Shown in pieces: positions 33,802-47,459 of a DNA stretch of 64,000 nt. A model generated the notes under the pieces. It saw only the letters and a list, made by a program, of their open reading frames with translations, did no database searches and was not told where the DNA came from. Position numbers and translations under genes: made by a program. Each line of letters begins with the position of its first letter. Within the stretch, counting starts at the first letter, position 1. The DNA comes from the human T2T-CHM13v2.0 reference genome, Homo sapiens: the NCBI RefSeq assembly GCF_009914755.1, contig NC_060926.1; one strand, given 5' to 3'.

Positions 33802-33939
33802 TTTAATTGCTTTACCTTAGGGTGATTGGAATTTCAGTACAAAAACATAACTTTTATGCAATCTTGGCTGCATATTTAAATGTTTGTGGAGGTTTTTTAC
33901 AAATACAAATTCTGAGGCCCCATCCTAGGTCAATTGAAT
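33802..33939 (+). repeat. 138-bp direct duplication, copy 2
   Basis: Matches 32330-32467. Confidence 0.95.
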
Positions 33940-34197
33940 GCCAAAAATGCCAATCAGTCTAAAGTCATGCTTCCTCATGCATTCTGTTAGCACCCTGTTA
34001 ATTAAACTGCCCTTTCTGTTCTTAGCTAAAAGTCTTTGATTTGACTTCCTGGCTATAATTTTTTTTCTTTCCTAAATGCTTCCCTCAGCACCTGTTATCT
34101 CTAGTTTTATTTCGTACCTTGATCCATTTTTGCCCCAAGGTGCCTGTCCCACAATTTTAATAGACCCAACTCCGTGACTTATATTTTGTTCTAGCAT

Positions 34198-34565
34198 TGT
34201 AGAGGAGGGGAAGCTTTCCCTCTACCCTCTGAGGGTTCAACAATTGAGTGCATGAAATAAACTGACAGTAGGCAGATTAACAGGAGAAAAGGTATACAAA
34301 TTTATTACATGCACTGGGGCATCACATGAAAGAAAAGTCAATATTCAAAAACTCCATGAGATCTAGAAGCCTATATACCCTCTTCAAAGCGGTCAGGGGA
34401 GGGGAGATATAGGCAACTTAGGGGAAAGTAAATTAATTGGAGAAAGATTAGTGGGTCCTGAGAAGAATAGGTGACAGCTAGTGACAAAGTCTCTCTGGGT
34501 GTGGTGTCACCTCTGGTCTCCCATGATATCACCCAATCTTCCATAGTTGAGGAGATCTTGGGGAT
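34198..34565 (-). mobile_element. ERV1-class LTR fragment (subfamily uncertain)
   Basis: 'tgtagaggaggggaagctttccctctaccctc...ggcagattaacaggagaaaaggtatacaaatttatt' resembles MER4-group LTR ends. Confidence 0.55.
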
Positions 34566-34788
34566 TCAGGACAATTTTTGAGTGGCATTTGCTGAATTCC
34601 TTCAACACCTACTTTTAACTTTTCCATTGTTTTTTCCAAGTATTTTAGTGCTCGGGGAAAAAAATCAACCATTAAAATAAATATATGAAAACTAGCATAA
34701 GGTGCCTATTTTTCTCTTTGCCTTAGTCTCCAATATGAGTTGGCCCAGCATCGTTGGATTCTATCTTTATTTAAAATTTTGATATTTT

Positions 34789-35097
34789 GGGCTGGGCACA
34801 GTGTCTCACACCTATAATCCCAGCACTTTGGAGGCCGAAGCGGGAGGATTGCTTGAGTCCAGGAGTTGGAGACCAGCCTGGGCAACATAATGAGACCTCA
34901 TCTCTACAAAAAATTAAAAAATAAAAAACATTAGCCAGGTGTAGTGGTGCATGCCTGTAGTCCCAGCTACTTAGGACTGAGATGGGAGGATCACTTGAGC
35001 CCAGGAGATCAAGGCTGCAGTGAGCCATGATTGCACCACTGCACTTTAGCCTGGGTGATACAGCAAGATCATGTCTCACAAAAAAGAAAAGAAAAAA
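34789..35097 (+). mobile_element. Alu (J-type)
   Basis: Dimer. Confidence 0.95.
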
Positions 35098-35099
35098 TC

Positions 35100-35252
35100 G
35101 ATGCTTTATTTATCAGGCATTTTTGCATTAACTTTTATTTTCAAAAGTATTGCGTTAAATATTATTTATCTTAATGACTGAGTTTTTTGGAGCTTCCCGA
35201 AATTTTGCACCAGAAACAAGTGCCTTATTCCCCTCACGCTAGCCCCAGCCTT
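35100..35252 (-). mobile_element. MER96-like hAT fragment
   Basis: 'aaattttgcacc...gtgcctt...cctcacgctagccccagccttg' terminal motif. Confidence 0.5.
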
Positions 35253-35767
35253 GAATCACAAAAGTCCCAGATCTGCTTGGGTAAAAATGAATACTTCAGA
35301 GCTGAATTGGAGAATATCAGCAGGAAAAAACATCCTTTTAATCAGGCTAAGAGTAGGGAGGGAAGAAAGTCTGGAAACATTTGCACATTAGTAATTTCTT
35401 ACTCTGTTACATGTTTACTAGGATTCCAGGTAAGAGTTCAAAAGTTAAAGTTTGAAAACCTCTGATTCCAGCTCTGCTCTTCTTATTAATAGTTTCAAAA
35501 GTTAGAAACATGGGTTACATAGGAAATTAATGGGAAAGCTGGGTTAAAACCCAGTGTCCTAATTGAGATTAGCAAAAGCTGTGAAAAATAATATTCCTTC
35601 ACAAGAATAATTATAAGTAACAACTGTCAATCACTTCATCCTCCACCCACCCCTACCAGTAAAAGACAATTAGGATACCTCTGCAAAGACTTTTAAGGTA
35701 TCAACTTATTAAAAAAATAAATAAAAGCTGACTGTGTGCTGAGCTAAAAAGTCAAAACATGGCCCTT

Positions 35768-36055
35768 GGCTATGGGTGGTGACTCATGCCTGTAATCCCA
35801 GCTCTGAGAGGCCAAAGCAGGAGGATCAGTTGAGGCCAGGAGTTCAAGACTAGCCTGGGCAACATAGCAAGACCCCTGTTATACAAAAAATTTTAAACAT
35901 TAAAAAATTACCCAGGCATAGTGGCATGCCCCTATAGTCCTAGCTACTCAGAGGGCTAAGGCAGAAGGATCACTTGAGCCAAGGAGTTCAAGGCTGCAAT
36001 GAGCTATGATTATGCCAGTGCATTCCAGCCTGGCAACACAGAAAGACCCCATCTC
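35768..36055 (+). mobile_element. Alu (J-type)
   Basis: Dimer; its A tail is displaced to ~36139 by an insertion. Confidence 0.93.
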
Positions 36056-36125
36056 TTTTTTTCCTTTTTTTGAGACAGGGTCTTGCTCTGTCGCCCGGGC
36101 TGGAGTGCACTGGCACAATCTCAGC
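36056..36125 (-). mobile_element. Severely 5'-truncated antisense Alu
   Basis: Poly-T plus ~55 nt of the Alu 3' end, flanked by catctctt repeats. Confidence 0.85.
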
Positions 36126-37067
36126 CTTCTCATCTCTTAAAAAAACACACACATTAAAAAAACCCCAAAAAGGCCCTTATTCTTTAATTTGTAATTTTGT
36201 AGGGGACACAGATACATAACTATACCACCAACAACAATTAAAGCACAGTGCCGTCAGTGCCATGATAGAGGGATGCATATAGAGCCTGGAGAACACAGTG
36301 AGAACAAGGTAGTGTTTGAGTGGAATTTTGAAGGGTATTCCATGCATTTTCCTATTGCATACATTTCCCTGATAATCCAGGCTAGCCTTCTACTATTGAT
36401 TACAGACACATAGCTCCAGTATATTTATGATGCTGATGGGGAGAAAAAGTTGACTATAGGGGAGACAGGTGGGCCGAGGACCTAGAAATATCACTCTCAT
36501 TGGCTTGGAGCAGTGGAGGAAATCCAGTTGAATGGGTGGCCAGTTTATAGGACAGGCTGAGACCAGCCTCAGGGATGTCCAACATGAGATAAAGGATGGA
36601 TGGGGAGAACGGAAAACTTGGAAATCCAGGAAACTGGCTGGAAAGCTCATGGTTCATATCAGTGGTGGGAAAGGGAGGTGGGTTAGAGAGAATAGAGGCA
36701 GAAATGGTAACATCAAGGCATAAACTTATTCTTAGAAGGCCTGGCATCCTGGGTGGGCCAGGTATCAGAGTTGAAATATGAAGCAGAGACTGGATACTCA
36801 AGGAAAGTCACTATCCAGTCACTAAGATGGGGCACTGAGCAAAGCAGGACAGGCAGCAGTGAAGCCCTGCGGGTCCCCCAGGGTCAAACCAGAGTTTCTT
36901 TAATCTGTCCAAACTGAAGCCAGTGTTTGGTCCTGGACAGCCTGCAGGGAGAAGCCACCTGGCCCAATTATGGGAATAAGGGAGGGTGTGAGCTGAAGAA
37001 CCAGGTAGGTTCTGACACCACCATGAGGCTTCATCCCTTCAAGTTCCATGATTTTCAAAGGAAAAAT

Positions 37068-37632
37068 TGAGGTTCGAGAAATAAGTTTATTGACTTCTAA
37101 TAGCTGATGACCAGCTCTGCCTATGGTGTCTTAGCACCATTCAAGAGTTCAAAGACAGGCTCCACCCAGCTGAGAGCTGTTGAGCATAGCTGTACTGTAT
37201 ATATAATGCGATGTAATGACTGGTTGGGGTTAATCAAATATAATGCCCAACCCAGACCTATTAAATTTCACCACAAAAGAGGCTTTAATCAGTCTTTTAT
37301 CAGCTTGGTTCTTTGGCCTAAGAAGACTGCTTTTGTTTGCCCATATAAGAGACAATGGGAGAGTCAGGATCAGCCTGCTCGCTGGAGTACAACAAGCGAA
37401 TTGTCCACAAACAACAGACCATTCAAGGCCATGAGAGAGGAAAGGCAGGAGAGGCTGCATGAATCTACAAAAGTGTCCACTGTTAATGGTTACAGCCCAG
37501 TGTTTAAATTCGGGCCACATTCCTGCTGGAGCTTCCAAAATATAGGGTGGACAGAAACAAAAAGACTCCAGTGTGCTTCGTGTAAGTCTATCTGGCTTTG
37601 GCCCTCTGCAGGACATTCTTGTTTGCTGCCTG
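37068..37632 (-). other. Candidate non-coding terminal exon
   Basis: Minus-strand acceptor ttttcctttccctttcag| at 37633; AATAAA at 37091-37086 followed by CA and a T-rich tract. Confidence 0.3.
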
Positions 37633-38268
37633 CTGAAAGGGAAAGGAAAACTGACATTTGGTTCTCTCTCGAAGCAAAGCTCAAATCTCTTGGGGGTTAG
37701 ATATGCTTCACAGGGCCATGGATTAAAGTTATGAGTATAGGTTCTATGCGAAACTGCACCTGTCCTACTGCCCAAGACCTCTTGGGCTACGGAAGGAACA
37801 GGAGGAGAAGGGAGACAAAAGGCAGTGAAGAAGAGAGAGAAAAGAGGGGGACCTTCCCTGACCCCAAAGAGGGAATGACATTTAAGTCACCCAATTTAAT
37901 TCTGTTCAACGAATATTTGAATACTTTTTAGGAGGCAGGCTAGGATGTACCCAGATACAGAAACAAACACATGAATTTAAAAATCCACTATTTCTGCTTA
38001 GAATCAGAGAAAGTTAATACTGGAAAGGTCTTAAGTCATCCTGCTTTATATTATGGTCTTCTAATCAGAATAATAATTTTTTAACCCATAAGGGCATAGG
38101 TTAAAAAAAAGGAAAGAAAGAAACAGGAAATGAAAAGAACAAAAACTAGAAACACTGTCTCATTCCAAAAGAGTAATCTCAAATTCTGATATGATCATGG
38201 GACTGTTATGGGAATGTGTCATGATGTGTCACTGAGGGAAGACTCCTTGAGAATTACTGATCTAGTCT

Positions 38269-38729
38269 TGCAGAAGGACGAGCTGCTGACAAAAGTCCTC
38301 AAACACCAAGTTAAAGAAGGAAGGGGTTTATTTGGCTGGGGGCATCGGCAAGACTCCTGTCTCAAGAGCCGAGCTCCCCGAGTGAGCAATTCCTGTCCTT
38401 TTAAGGGCTCACAACTCTAAGGGGGTGCGGGTGAGAGGGTCGTGATCGACTGAGCAAGCAGGGGGTACGTGACTGGGGGCTGCATGCGCCGGTAATTAGA
38501 TTGGAACAAAACAGGATAGGGATTTTCACAGTGCCTTTCTATACAATGTCTGTAATCTATAGATAACATAACCGATTAGGTCAGGGGTCGATCTTTAACT
38601 ACCAGGCCCAGGGTGTGGCGCTAGGCTGTCTGCTTGTGGATTTCATTTCTGCCTTTTAGTTTTTACTTTTTCTTTCTTTGGAGGCAGAAATTGGGCATAA
38701 GACAATATGAGGGGTGGTCTCCTCACTTA
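38269..38729 (-). mobile_element. LTR2 (HERV-E/Harlequin) solo LTR, full length
   Basis: Reverse complement 'taagtgaggagaccacccctcatattgtcttatgcccaatttctgcctccaaag...cccttaaaaggacaggaattgctcactcggggagctcgg...aataaa...ctgca'; 4-bp TSD gtct; many CpGs retained. Confidence 0.92.
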
Positions 38730-40033
38730 GTCTCACCTAGGAACATAGAATAGAAGTTTAGGGAACAAAGTGGCAGGGCCAAGACCACTATGGCACTTAG
38801 CAGCAGAGAGAAGATTACAGCCCATGTCTTCTAATGCCCAACCCAGGACTCAGCCACTTGCACCACAGTGTTGCACCACTAAAGTTAACTGGGAAGATGC
38901 AAACCCCGAAAATCCTTAAATACATAATTGAGTATCTTAGATCTAGCTATCCTCACTGATATGTCGCCCATTCACTGCCAAGCTTTGGGCCCAACACTTA
39001 CAGTCATCAGAGTTTGGATTTTGTTTGTAAACCAAAATTTCCCCTTCAGCTCTAAATGGAATTTTGCCTGGACCTGGGAGTCTTCAAAGGAATAGGAGGA
39101 AAAATTGTGGATAGAGTTAGATTGACAGCAAAGGGAAAAGAGGAAATCTTTCCTCTTAAGACCAAATCTGTGGTGCCTCAGCTTCTGTTCAGCGTGGAGG
39201 CAGGAGTGGCAGCTACCTAACTTGGTCTTTCGCATTCAAATATGCTACATTTAAATATGTTTGGGGGCTGACAGTGATAGGAAGACATTCCTATGGCCAA
39301 GTAGGACAGAGATCTGGGAGTGCTTCTATTTATGGAAGGTTTACTGGATGCATGTATCTGAAGGTAAAATGAACAATGCCTAGTCTGGATGGTCATTTGG
39401 GGTGAGATGGAAGGGAGATAAGAAAGGGATCAGGGAAAAATGAAAGTCATTCTGTGCATTGTGAGAGGTGCTAGCGGTCAGAAGTACTTTGCCATTCTCA
39501 TTTGTCATCCAGTGCTGCTGACCCGCGCTTTGAAATGGCTTGGCTTCCCTAGAGATATTCTGAGCTGTAATTGCAGATTTCCATTTTAGTTTCTTGTTTT
39601 CTCACACTCTGCTCTAGACAATCAACTCAAAATCCTTCCTCAGGCAATGTGCAAAATGCCTTTGCAGAGTTGATGAAGGTTCTGTGGTGTGGCCCATGTG
39701 AATGTATCGATTTTTTTTTCTGCATGTAAATAGGAGTGGTTATGGCAAAGTGGTTATTAGCTACATTAGATCAATGATTTGGGCTGCTGGAGCTTGTTGA
39801 CAAACCTTCTTTGATGATAACTTTTTTATAAATTATGTTAATTATGACTTTGCCTTGGACTGCAGGAATGGGACTGGAAGCTTTCTATTTTTTTCAGGCT
39901 TCAGTAGTAATTCTGCCTTCGTTTTTTTTTTTTTTTTTTTTTTTAACTTATGTTCCTGGCAATTAAGTGCTATCCCAAAACATAAAAACAATTTCCTCTT
40001 TTAAAAAATCATTATGCAAGAAGTGTCATGTAA

Positions 40034-40543
<510 letters not shown>

Positions 40544-40914
40544 TGGATTATTTTTAACTGAAGAGGAGAAAAACAAACAAAAAGAAACAAATGTTTTGAT
40601 AAGTTTGACTATGGTTGTTAAAATATGACCTATAGAAAAAATAGAAATAAAAGAATTATCACATGTTCTCCCCACACAATGAACAGTGAGCTTTCAGGGT
40701 TTACCTGCTTGAAGCTCCAGCTGTGGCTCTCAGCACATCTGCACCCTCAGCTAAGTGTCCTGATGCATCACCCTGCAGGTGTGCCCTGCTACCCATCCAG
40801 ACTTCACCCTCCCAGGCTCTTGCCATCACTTTACTTCAGCTAGTCAGGATTAACTCTTCCTCCCTATGGGAAACAATACTGACCTTGGAGTCAGACTGAC
40901 CTGGTTTAAATCTA

Positions 40915-40995
40915 TTAGGTAGAACTAAATAAAATTGCTGTTTTTAATACACCAATGATGGTTAAATATTGGCAATTTCATGCCACTCAACCTAA
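40915..40995. mobile_element. MADE2 mariner MITE
   Basis: 'ttaggtagaac...aaattgc...ggcaatttcat...caacctaa', ~80 bp with terminal inverted repeats. Confidence 0.7.
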
Positions 40996-41129
40996 CACCA
41001 CCTTCTCATTATCATGTTCTCTAAGATAAGATATTTTAAATGCTTTACTTATTCCATGACACAAGTTAGTCACCATTTGCTGTAGACATGCTATGAATTA
41101 TAAGAGGCTGCAGTGGCATTTCATTCCAG

Positions 41130-41880
41130 GTTAGTTTAACAAAAAAAATTTTTTGACTCCTCCTTTTTACCACAGGCACTGCTTTTGTGCTGAATACCTG
41201 GGTGAGGGGAGGTCCCAGTTCAGTAGGGGCAGATATATAAACAGAGATCTGTGATGTAAGCAGGAATTGGGCAGTATACTCACAGTACAGGGTAGCATGG
41301 AGGAGGAGATTGTGAGCTTTTGGGGAACATGGGAGGATGAGGAAATCCTTTCCCCCAGGAGAAATGCCTGGGTGCTGAACAACACAGTGTCATGGGCAAC
41401 TTTCCAGAGAACCTTGGGCTGGTGGGAGTGTGAGAGAGAGAACATTATCATAAGATGAGACTGGAGAGAAGCTTTGACAACTTGGGGACCCTCTTTACAA
41501 AACTAAATACAAAATGCCCACATAAACACATCACCAGGTTTCCTTCCAGTCCCTGAATTTGAAGAGCCCAGACATTTCAGCTTCATTATCTAAAACATCT
41601 GCCTTGGCAGGGCCACACTGTAAGGACTGTAAGGGGCCTTGCTAAAGAGCAGGGGCATCCTGGCAGACAATAGGAGCTGCTGAAGGATCTCAGACAGGAA
41701 AGTGACATCATCAGATTTGCTTTTTAGAAAAAGCACTCTGAGGGCTGTCTGGAAGACAGATCAGAGAAGTTTGTGTTAGGTGACAGAAAAGCCAATTAGA
41801 AAGCTATTTTAATAATCCAGAAGAGAGCCAAGAGCCTGAACATGGCAGAGTTCATGAAGGAGTAGATGAAGCCTCATGTA
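41130..41880 (-). mobile_element. L2 fragments
   Basis: 'caataggagctgctgaagg...gtgacatcatcagatttgctttttagaaaaagcactctg'. Confidence 0.65.
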
Positions 41881-41993
41881 GCTAAAGCATCTGGGGGGAT
41901 AGGTGCCCCAGGAGGTCTGGTCTTTCTTCCTCAAAGCCCATCTTGAGCAGGTGGTAAATGCTTTCAAAATCAGGTTCTCCACCTGGGAAGGTC

Positions 41994-42451
<458 letters not shown>

Positions 42452-42778
42452 TGAATACTGGACTGCTTGGCCAGGGCTCTGTAACCTGCTTAATTCCTGC
42501 TATACTCTCCCTCTTTCCCCCAAACCTTGGGCTGAGCCATGCCCTCCATGTTCTCCATTCTCCTGAGAAAAGCTCCATTCATCTCCTTCATCTTCCAAGA
42601 TGCTCTACAGGAGTCTGTTCCTCAGCCATCTTTCTCTGGCTACTTCCCTCTGTCCCCCCCAAAACTCAATGACTTCCTCATCTCTGTGTCTTATGCATGC
42701 CTTTATTATTACATGTATTATGCTTTATCATATTTCTTTGCTTATGTGTTTGTTTTTCCACCCCCTTTAGATTCTTGA

Positions 42779-43080
42779 GATTAGGATCCATGCCTCATAT
42801 TGTCATTTCCCCCAGTAACTCACAGTCCCTAGCATATAGTAGGGACTTAATAAGTGTTGGATGAACTGACTTGAACTGAATTCACTCCTGTCTGTTTATA
42901 ATAATACAACACAATACCAACCTGGTCAGAGTCTAACTGTTCTTGTCTTCTTAGGACAGCAGTGCCCCAGCCTGCCTCACTTTGCATATCTCCTGCAATT
43001 CCTGCTTTAAGGCCTCCATTCACAGGATTGATTGGCCCCTGTTATTCACACAGAATCAAGCTTGAGTTTATCATGCCCCT
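42779..43080 (+). repeat. Ancient local duplication, copy B (begins inside an L2 3' end)
   Basis: Collinear with 30983-31290. Confidence 0.9.
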
Positions 43081-43590
43081 GGTGCTGCATATCCTTCTTG
43101 GGTATCCTCCTACAGCTGGGCCAGACTCCCCTGGTCTGTCCTTGCTTGGTTCCCACTTCCTCCCAGCCTGCTTCTAAGGCTAAGGGTCCAAGATGCTTTG
43201 TGACCTCTCTGGCCATGGTGTTTAGATAAGAAGGAGGTACTTATTCCAAAGGCAGCCAATTCATGGGCTAGACCTTACCTATGGGGCAGCCCAGTGGGAA
43301 AAGTGTTGACCAAAAGGATTATATGGGCCAATCAGATTGACAGATTATATAGTGGAGAACATCACTTTCAGACGTCTTCCCTCAGCAGGAGAACTGTAGA
43401 TGGGGTAGTTTCTCTTTGGAGGGGACTGGGTAGGCCTCATGATTGAGCTCTTTGGTACAATGCTCCAATCTCTTATGTGTCTACATTTTTCTATTCTCAT
43501 TATTGTCCACCCTTGACAAGAGTCATCTGAGAACCCAAACCCTGTCTAGTTGTACCTTTTATCCCAGCTCCTCACCTAGCCATTAAGAAC

Positions 43591-44075
43591 TGTAGTGGGG
43601 TCTAAGGTTTTACCATACAAGCTAAAAAATTATTCTGACATGGTTTCCTTGATGCTGGCAAAAGACATGAGATTCCTGGGTCAGCGACCCTCGGCACAGC
43701 AAGTAGCATGAACGTTAGCTTATTTGCATCAGTTGCCCTTGCTCCCTAGTCCCATGCGGACAATGCCAGTGAGCTCAAATGCCTGCAGAAGCTACGGGTT
43801 GTGTTACAGTAGAGGAGCTCTGAGCTTAGGGAAGCTAAATCTTTTATAAGGGGCAGTAAACATGCCTGCTCTTTGCTCTGGAAGGAGATACTCTCTTTAT
43901 TATATTAGACAGTACGCATGGCTGGCTTTTTCTCTAGATGGGGGTATTATCTCCATCTTCCGAGGCTATTTGTATCACAAACATCCTTGAAAAGGTAGTC
44001 TTGAATGAAGGACAGTCAGTACCTCACTCATGAGATGTGCAGAGACGTAAGTTATCTATGGGGAGCCGTCTCAAT
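43591..44075 (-). mobile_element. Old ERV LTR (subfamily uncertain)
   Basis: TG...CA-bounded ~480-bp block 'tgtagtggggtctaagg...gatgctggcaaaagacatgagattcctgggtcag...ctca'. Confidence 0.5.
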
Positions 44076-44169
44076 GCTAAGCAGCAGTCTCTGTTCACCC
44101 ATGTTCTGGCACTGGCATGTTTATTCCACAGGTGACAGGCAACTTTGCTTTTCCAATCCAAATCCCTCT

Positions 44170-45030
44170 TCCTAGCTATCATCACAAATTTCCTGCTCCA
44201 TTTGGACATTTCAACCAGATATCTTCAATCGTTAAGTTTAAAATGTCTAACACTATATGCATCTTCCTCCCCTAACTTTTCAGGTTTTTTGCCACCATTT
44301 TCCTTGTCTCATCAGTTCAGATCCTAGGAGTCATCTTTAAATCCCATCTTCTTCCTCATCACTTATAACCTAGTCAATCCCAAAGTTCTATCAGCTCTTC
44401 CTTTGGAATATCTCATCCTCATTTCTTCCTAGCTTAGAAAGAACTTTATACTGTCATTTGCTTAGTTCAGAATCTTATTTCATTCCTAGACTGCTCAAGG
44501 AATGTCCTGACTACTTTTCTAAATGCCTACCTTCTTTCCTTCACACTTCTTAATTCTCTTAAGGCACAGTTTAGATTAAGTCACACTCACTTAAAAATGT
44601 TCAGTTTCCCCTGGACTGTTTGATAGAAGAGTCTAACCTTTTCTCCCAAATACTCAAGGCCTGCCCAAATCTGACTAGGCCTTATGTCCTGCCACTATGT
44701 TCTGGCTGTGCAGGCATGGTCTCCCTTCTCTATCTGCTGAGTTCACATGTGACAGGTCTAGCTCCCTCCCCATCCCCACCACTCAGAGGTCTGAATACTG
44801 TACCTTTGCAAACCCGTTTTGTTCTTTGGTACCTAGTTCTTTTACTGGTGCAGCCTACACTTGTTTCCTTTGCCCAATTATATTTACCTTAATATTTAAC
44901 CTCAGGCTGCCCCATCAGTCTCCTTAATTGCTTTATGTCTTATGTGTCCAGCTAAGTGTTAAGTTCCTGAAGGTGTAAAAGTATCATTTGTATATTTTTT
45001 ATACCACTCAGTGATTACTTAGCACATATG
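44170..45030 (+). mobile_element. L2 (degenerate)
   Basis: 'cctaggagtcatcttt', 'cactcacttaaaaatgttcagtttccc'. Confidence 0.6.
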
Positions 45031-45469
45031 TGGGCAAACCATAGAAACACGACTCTCCCATTTCCTGGCCATGTGACTGGACAGTAAATATATGTGCCTT
45101 AGTCTCCTCATGTGAAAAATGAGATAGAAATAGTAGCTACATTACAGAGGTGTTGGGATAATTAAATTAGATAATATGGGAAAATCTTAGTACCTTTCCT
45201 GCCATATAGGAAGAATTCAATGTTGACTATCAATCTTATAGTGATACACAAATAAATGAATGAACAAATAAACCAATGATGAAATACATAGTTCTCTTTC
45301 TTGGAGGACTCCAATTTAGTGAAAGATGATCAGATAATCTTAAAAAAATACTTATGATAGCATTAAAGTGACCATGGTAGAGGCTGGATGGAAGAGGGGG
45401 AGTAGCACCTTGCAAAGGGCCTAACTTAATCCTTGAAAAGATGTGTTCTTAGGAATAAGAGAGAACCTG

Positions 45470-45642
45470 ATAAAGTGCGTTATCAACTTATGATATTTTC
45501 AACTTACGATGAGTTTATACAAATGTGGCCCCATTATAAGTTGAAGAGCCTCATGAATGCATATCACTTTTGCATCATGGTAAAGTTCAAAACCATAGGT
45601 CAAACCATCATAAGCTGCACCAGCATAGTTGGGGGCTGTCTC
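45470..45642. mobile_element. MER47/Tigger-like DNA transposon fragment
   Basis: 'acttatgatattttcaacttacgatgag' and 'gaatgcatatcacttttgcatcatggtaaag'. Confidence 0.65.
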
Positions 45643-46453
45643 TTGTAGGATCCAAATGAGCCAGGCCTTCGGTTCCTACTCAAGTTTACTTCCAGCTGCA
45701 TCCCACTAACTATCTTTTACCATTTGTCAACCATTAACACAACTGTGTAAATGAGATTATCAAATGCTTTTCTGCGAGTGGGTTTTCATGGGCTGGAGGG
45801 GGAAGACAGATGGAATATTAAGCCGCTTAGGAGCAGTGGGGAAAGAAACCAGCTGTGTGCAGGTGAAAGCAAACTAAATCAACTTCACTGGTTAGCTGCA
45901 GACCAGCTTTCTATGTAGCACAAAAAATAAAAATAAAAAAAAATTTTAATCTACTGCCAGATAAAACTTCTGTAACAGCTTTTCATGTCACAGTAGGGAA
46001 ATATGGGCTCCACCTGGAGCTCCTGACTCTAAATCTGTTACTATACTTTTAAAATAATGTTAATAGATACAATAAAATGGAATCCTAACTAGTCATTTTG
46101 CCATCTGTATGAAAATATTGGCTCTGGAAAAGGGATAGCCTAGTAAGAAACCGAAGACATAGAGATACGTTTTGAGAATCATGTTCCTGGCTTAAAACAG
46201 ATCACCCATTAGGGAAGGTTGGCTAAGGCCAAGTTTCTCAAGGGCAGAGAAGGGAGAAAAGCTGAGTAGTTTCTTTTTCTGCAGTCACAGTGGAACAGGG
46301 CAGCAGAGGGAGGTATATTTTAGTTTCTACTACCTCTTCCAAGGGAAAAAGCAGACCGGGTTCGTGTCTTCTCCACAGAAAAGTGGTAGTATGCCTTAGT
46401 CACAATAGGCCCTCCTTGAAACATGAAGTTTCCCGTTGCCACTATCCCAGATC

Positions 46454-47149
46454 TGTAACCACCCAATGGTTCACCTTGCCCGCTGCCTAGATAGAGCTGA
46501 TTTCTCAAGACAAGGGAATCGCAATAGAGAAAGAGTAATTCATGCAGAGCCAGCTGTGCTGGAGACCAGAGTTTTATTACTCAAATCACTCTCCCTGAGC
46601 ATTCAGGAAGCAGACTTTTTAAGGACAACTTGGTGGGTGGGGGGGTTGGGGGGAAGCCAATGAGTGGGGAGTGCTGATTGGTCAGGAATGAAATCACAGG
46701 GAGTTAAAACTGCTTTCTTGCACTGAGTCAGTTCCTGGGTGGGGGCCACAAGATCAGATGAGCCAGTTAATTGATCTGGGTGGGGCCAGCTGATCCATCA
46801 AGTGCAGGGTCTGCAAAATATCTCAAGCAATGACTGTGGAGCAGTTTAGGGAGGGTCAGAATCTTGTAGCCTCCAGTTGCATGACTCCGAAACCATAATT
46901 TCTAATCTTGTGGCTAATGTTAGTCCTACAGAGGCAATCTAGTCCCCAGGCAAGAAGGAGGTTTGCTTTAGGAAAGGGCTGTTACCACCTTTGTTTTAAA
47001 CTATAAACTATAAACTAAGTTTCTCCCAAAGTTAGTTCAGCTTACACCCAGGAATGAACAAGGACAGCTTGGAGGTTAGAAGCAAGATGGAGTTGGTTAA
47101 GTTAGATCTCGTTCACTGTCTCAGTCACAATTTTCCAAAGACAGTTTCA
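46454..47149 (-). mobile_element. LTR8 solo LTR, full length
   Basis: 'tgtaaccacccaatggttcaccttgcccgctgcc...ccaaagacagtttca'; perfect 4-bp TSD gatc. Confidence 0.9.
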
Positions 47150-47459
47150 GATCCCCTTCCAGCAGGCGTCTTTCTCTCCTGGGGGCCCCAAACTTTTCTA
47201 CTACTCCTGAAAACCCAAGCCACCAACTCATGTAATGCAGTTTCTGTGCACAGTGCTACTATAATCTGGGTCAGTGGTGGGTCCAATAAATTTGATGACT
47301 CTACCATCTCTTATTCCAATTGTCTCCATTCCCATTTGACTCAATTAAATACTTATTTAGCCAACTGTTTTAAAATTACATTTTAAAATGAACTTGCTAA
47401 GAACACAGCTAATGCATTCTGATTAACATATTTTTTCAGCCTCATATTTTGATAAGTGC

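Noticed and set aside
37107-37775. Overlapping 197-aa (+) and 181-aa (-) ORFs
   Set aside because: No homology I recognise, and the minus ORF starts at TTG. Kept only as part of a low-confidence transcript hypothesis.
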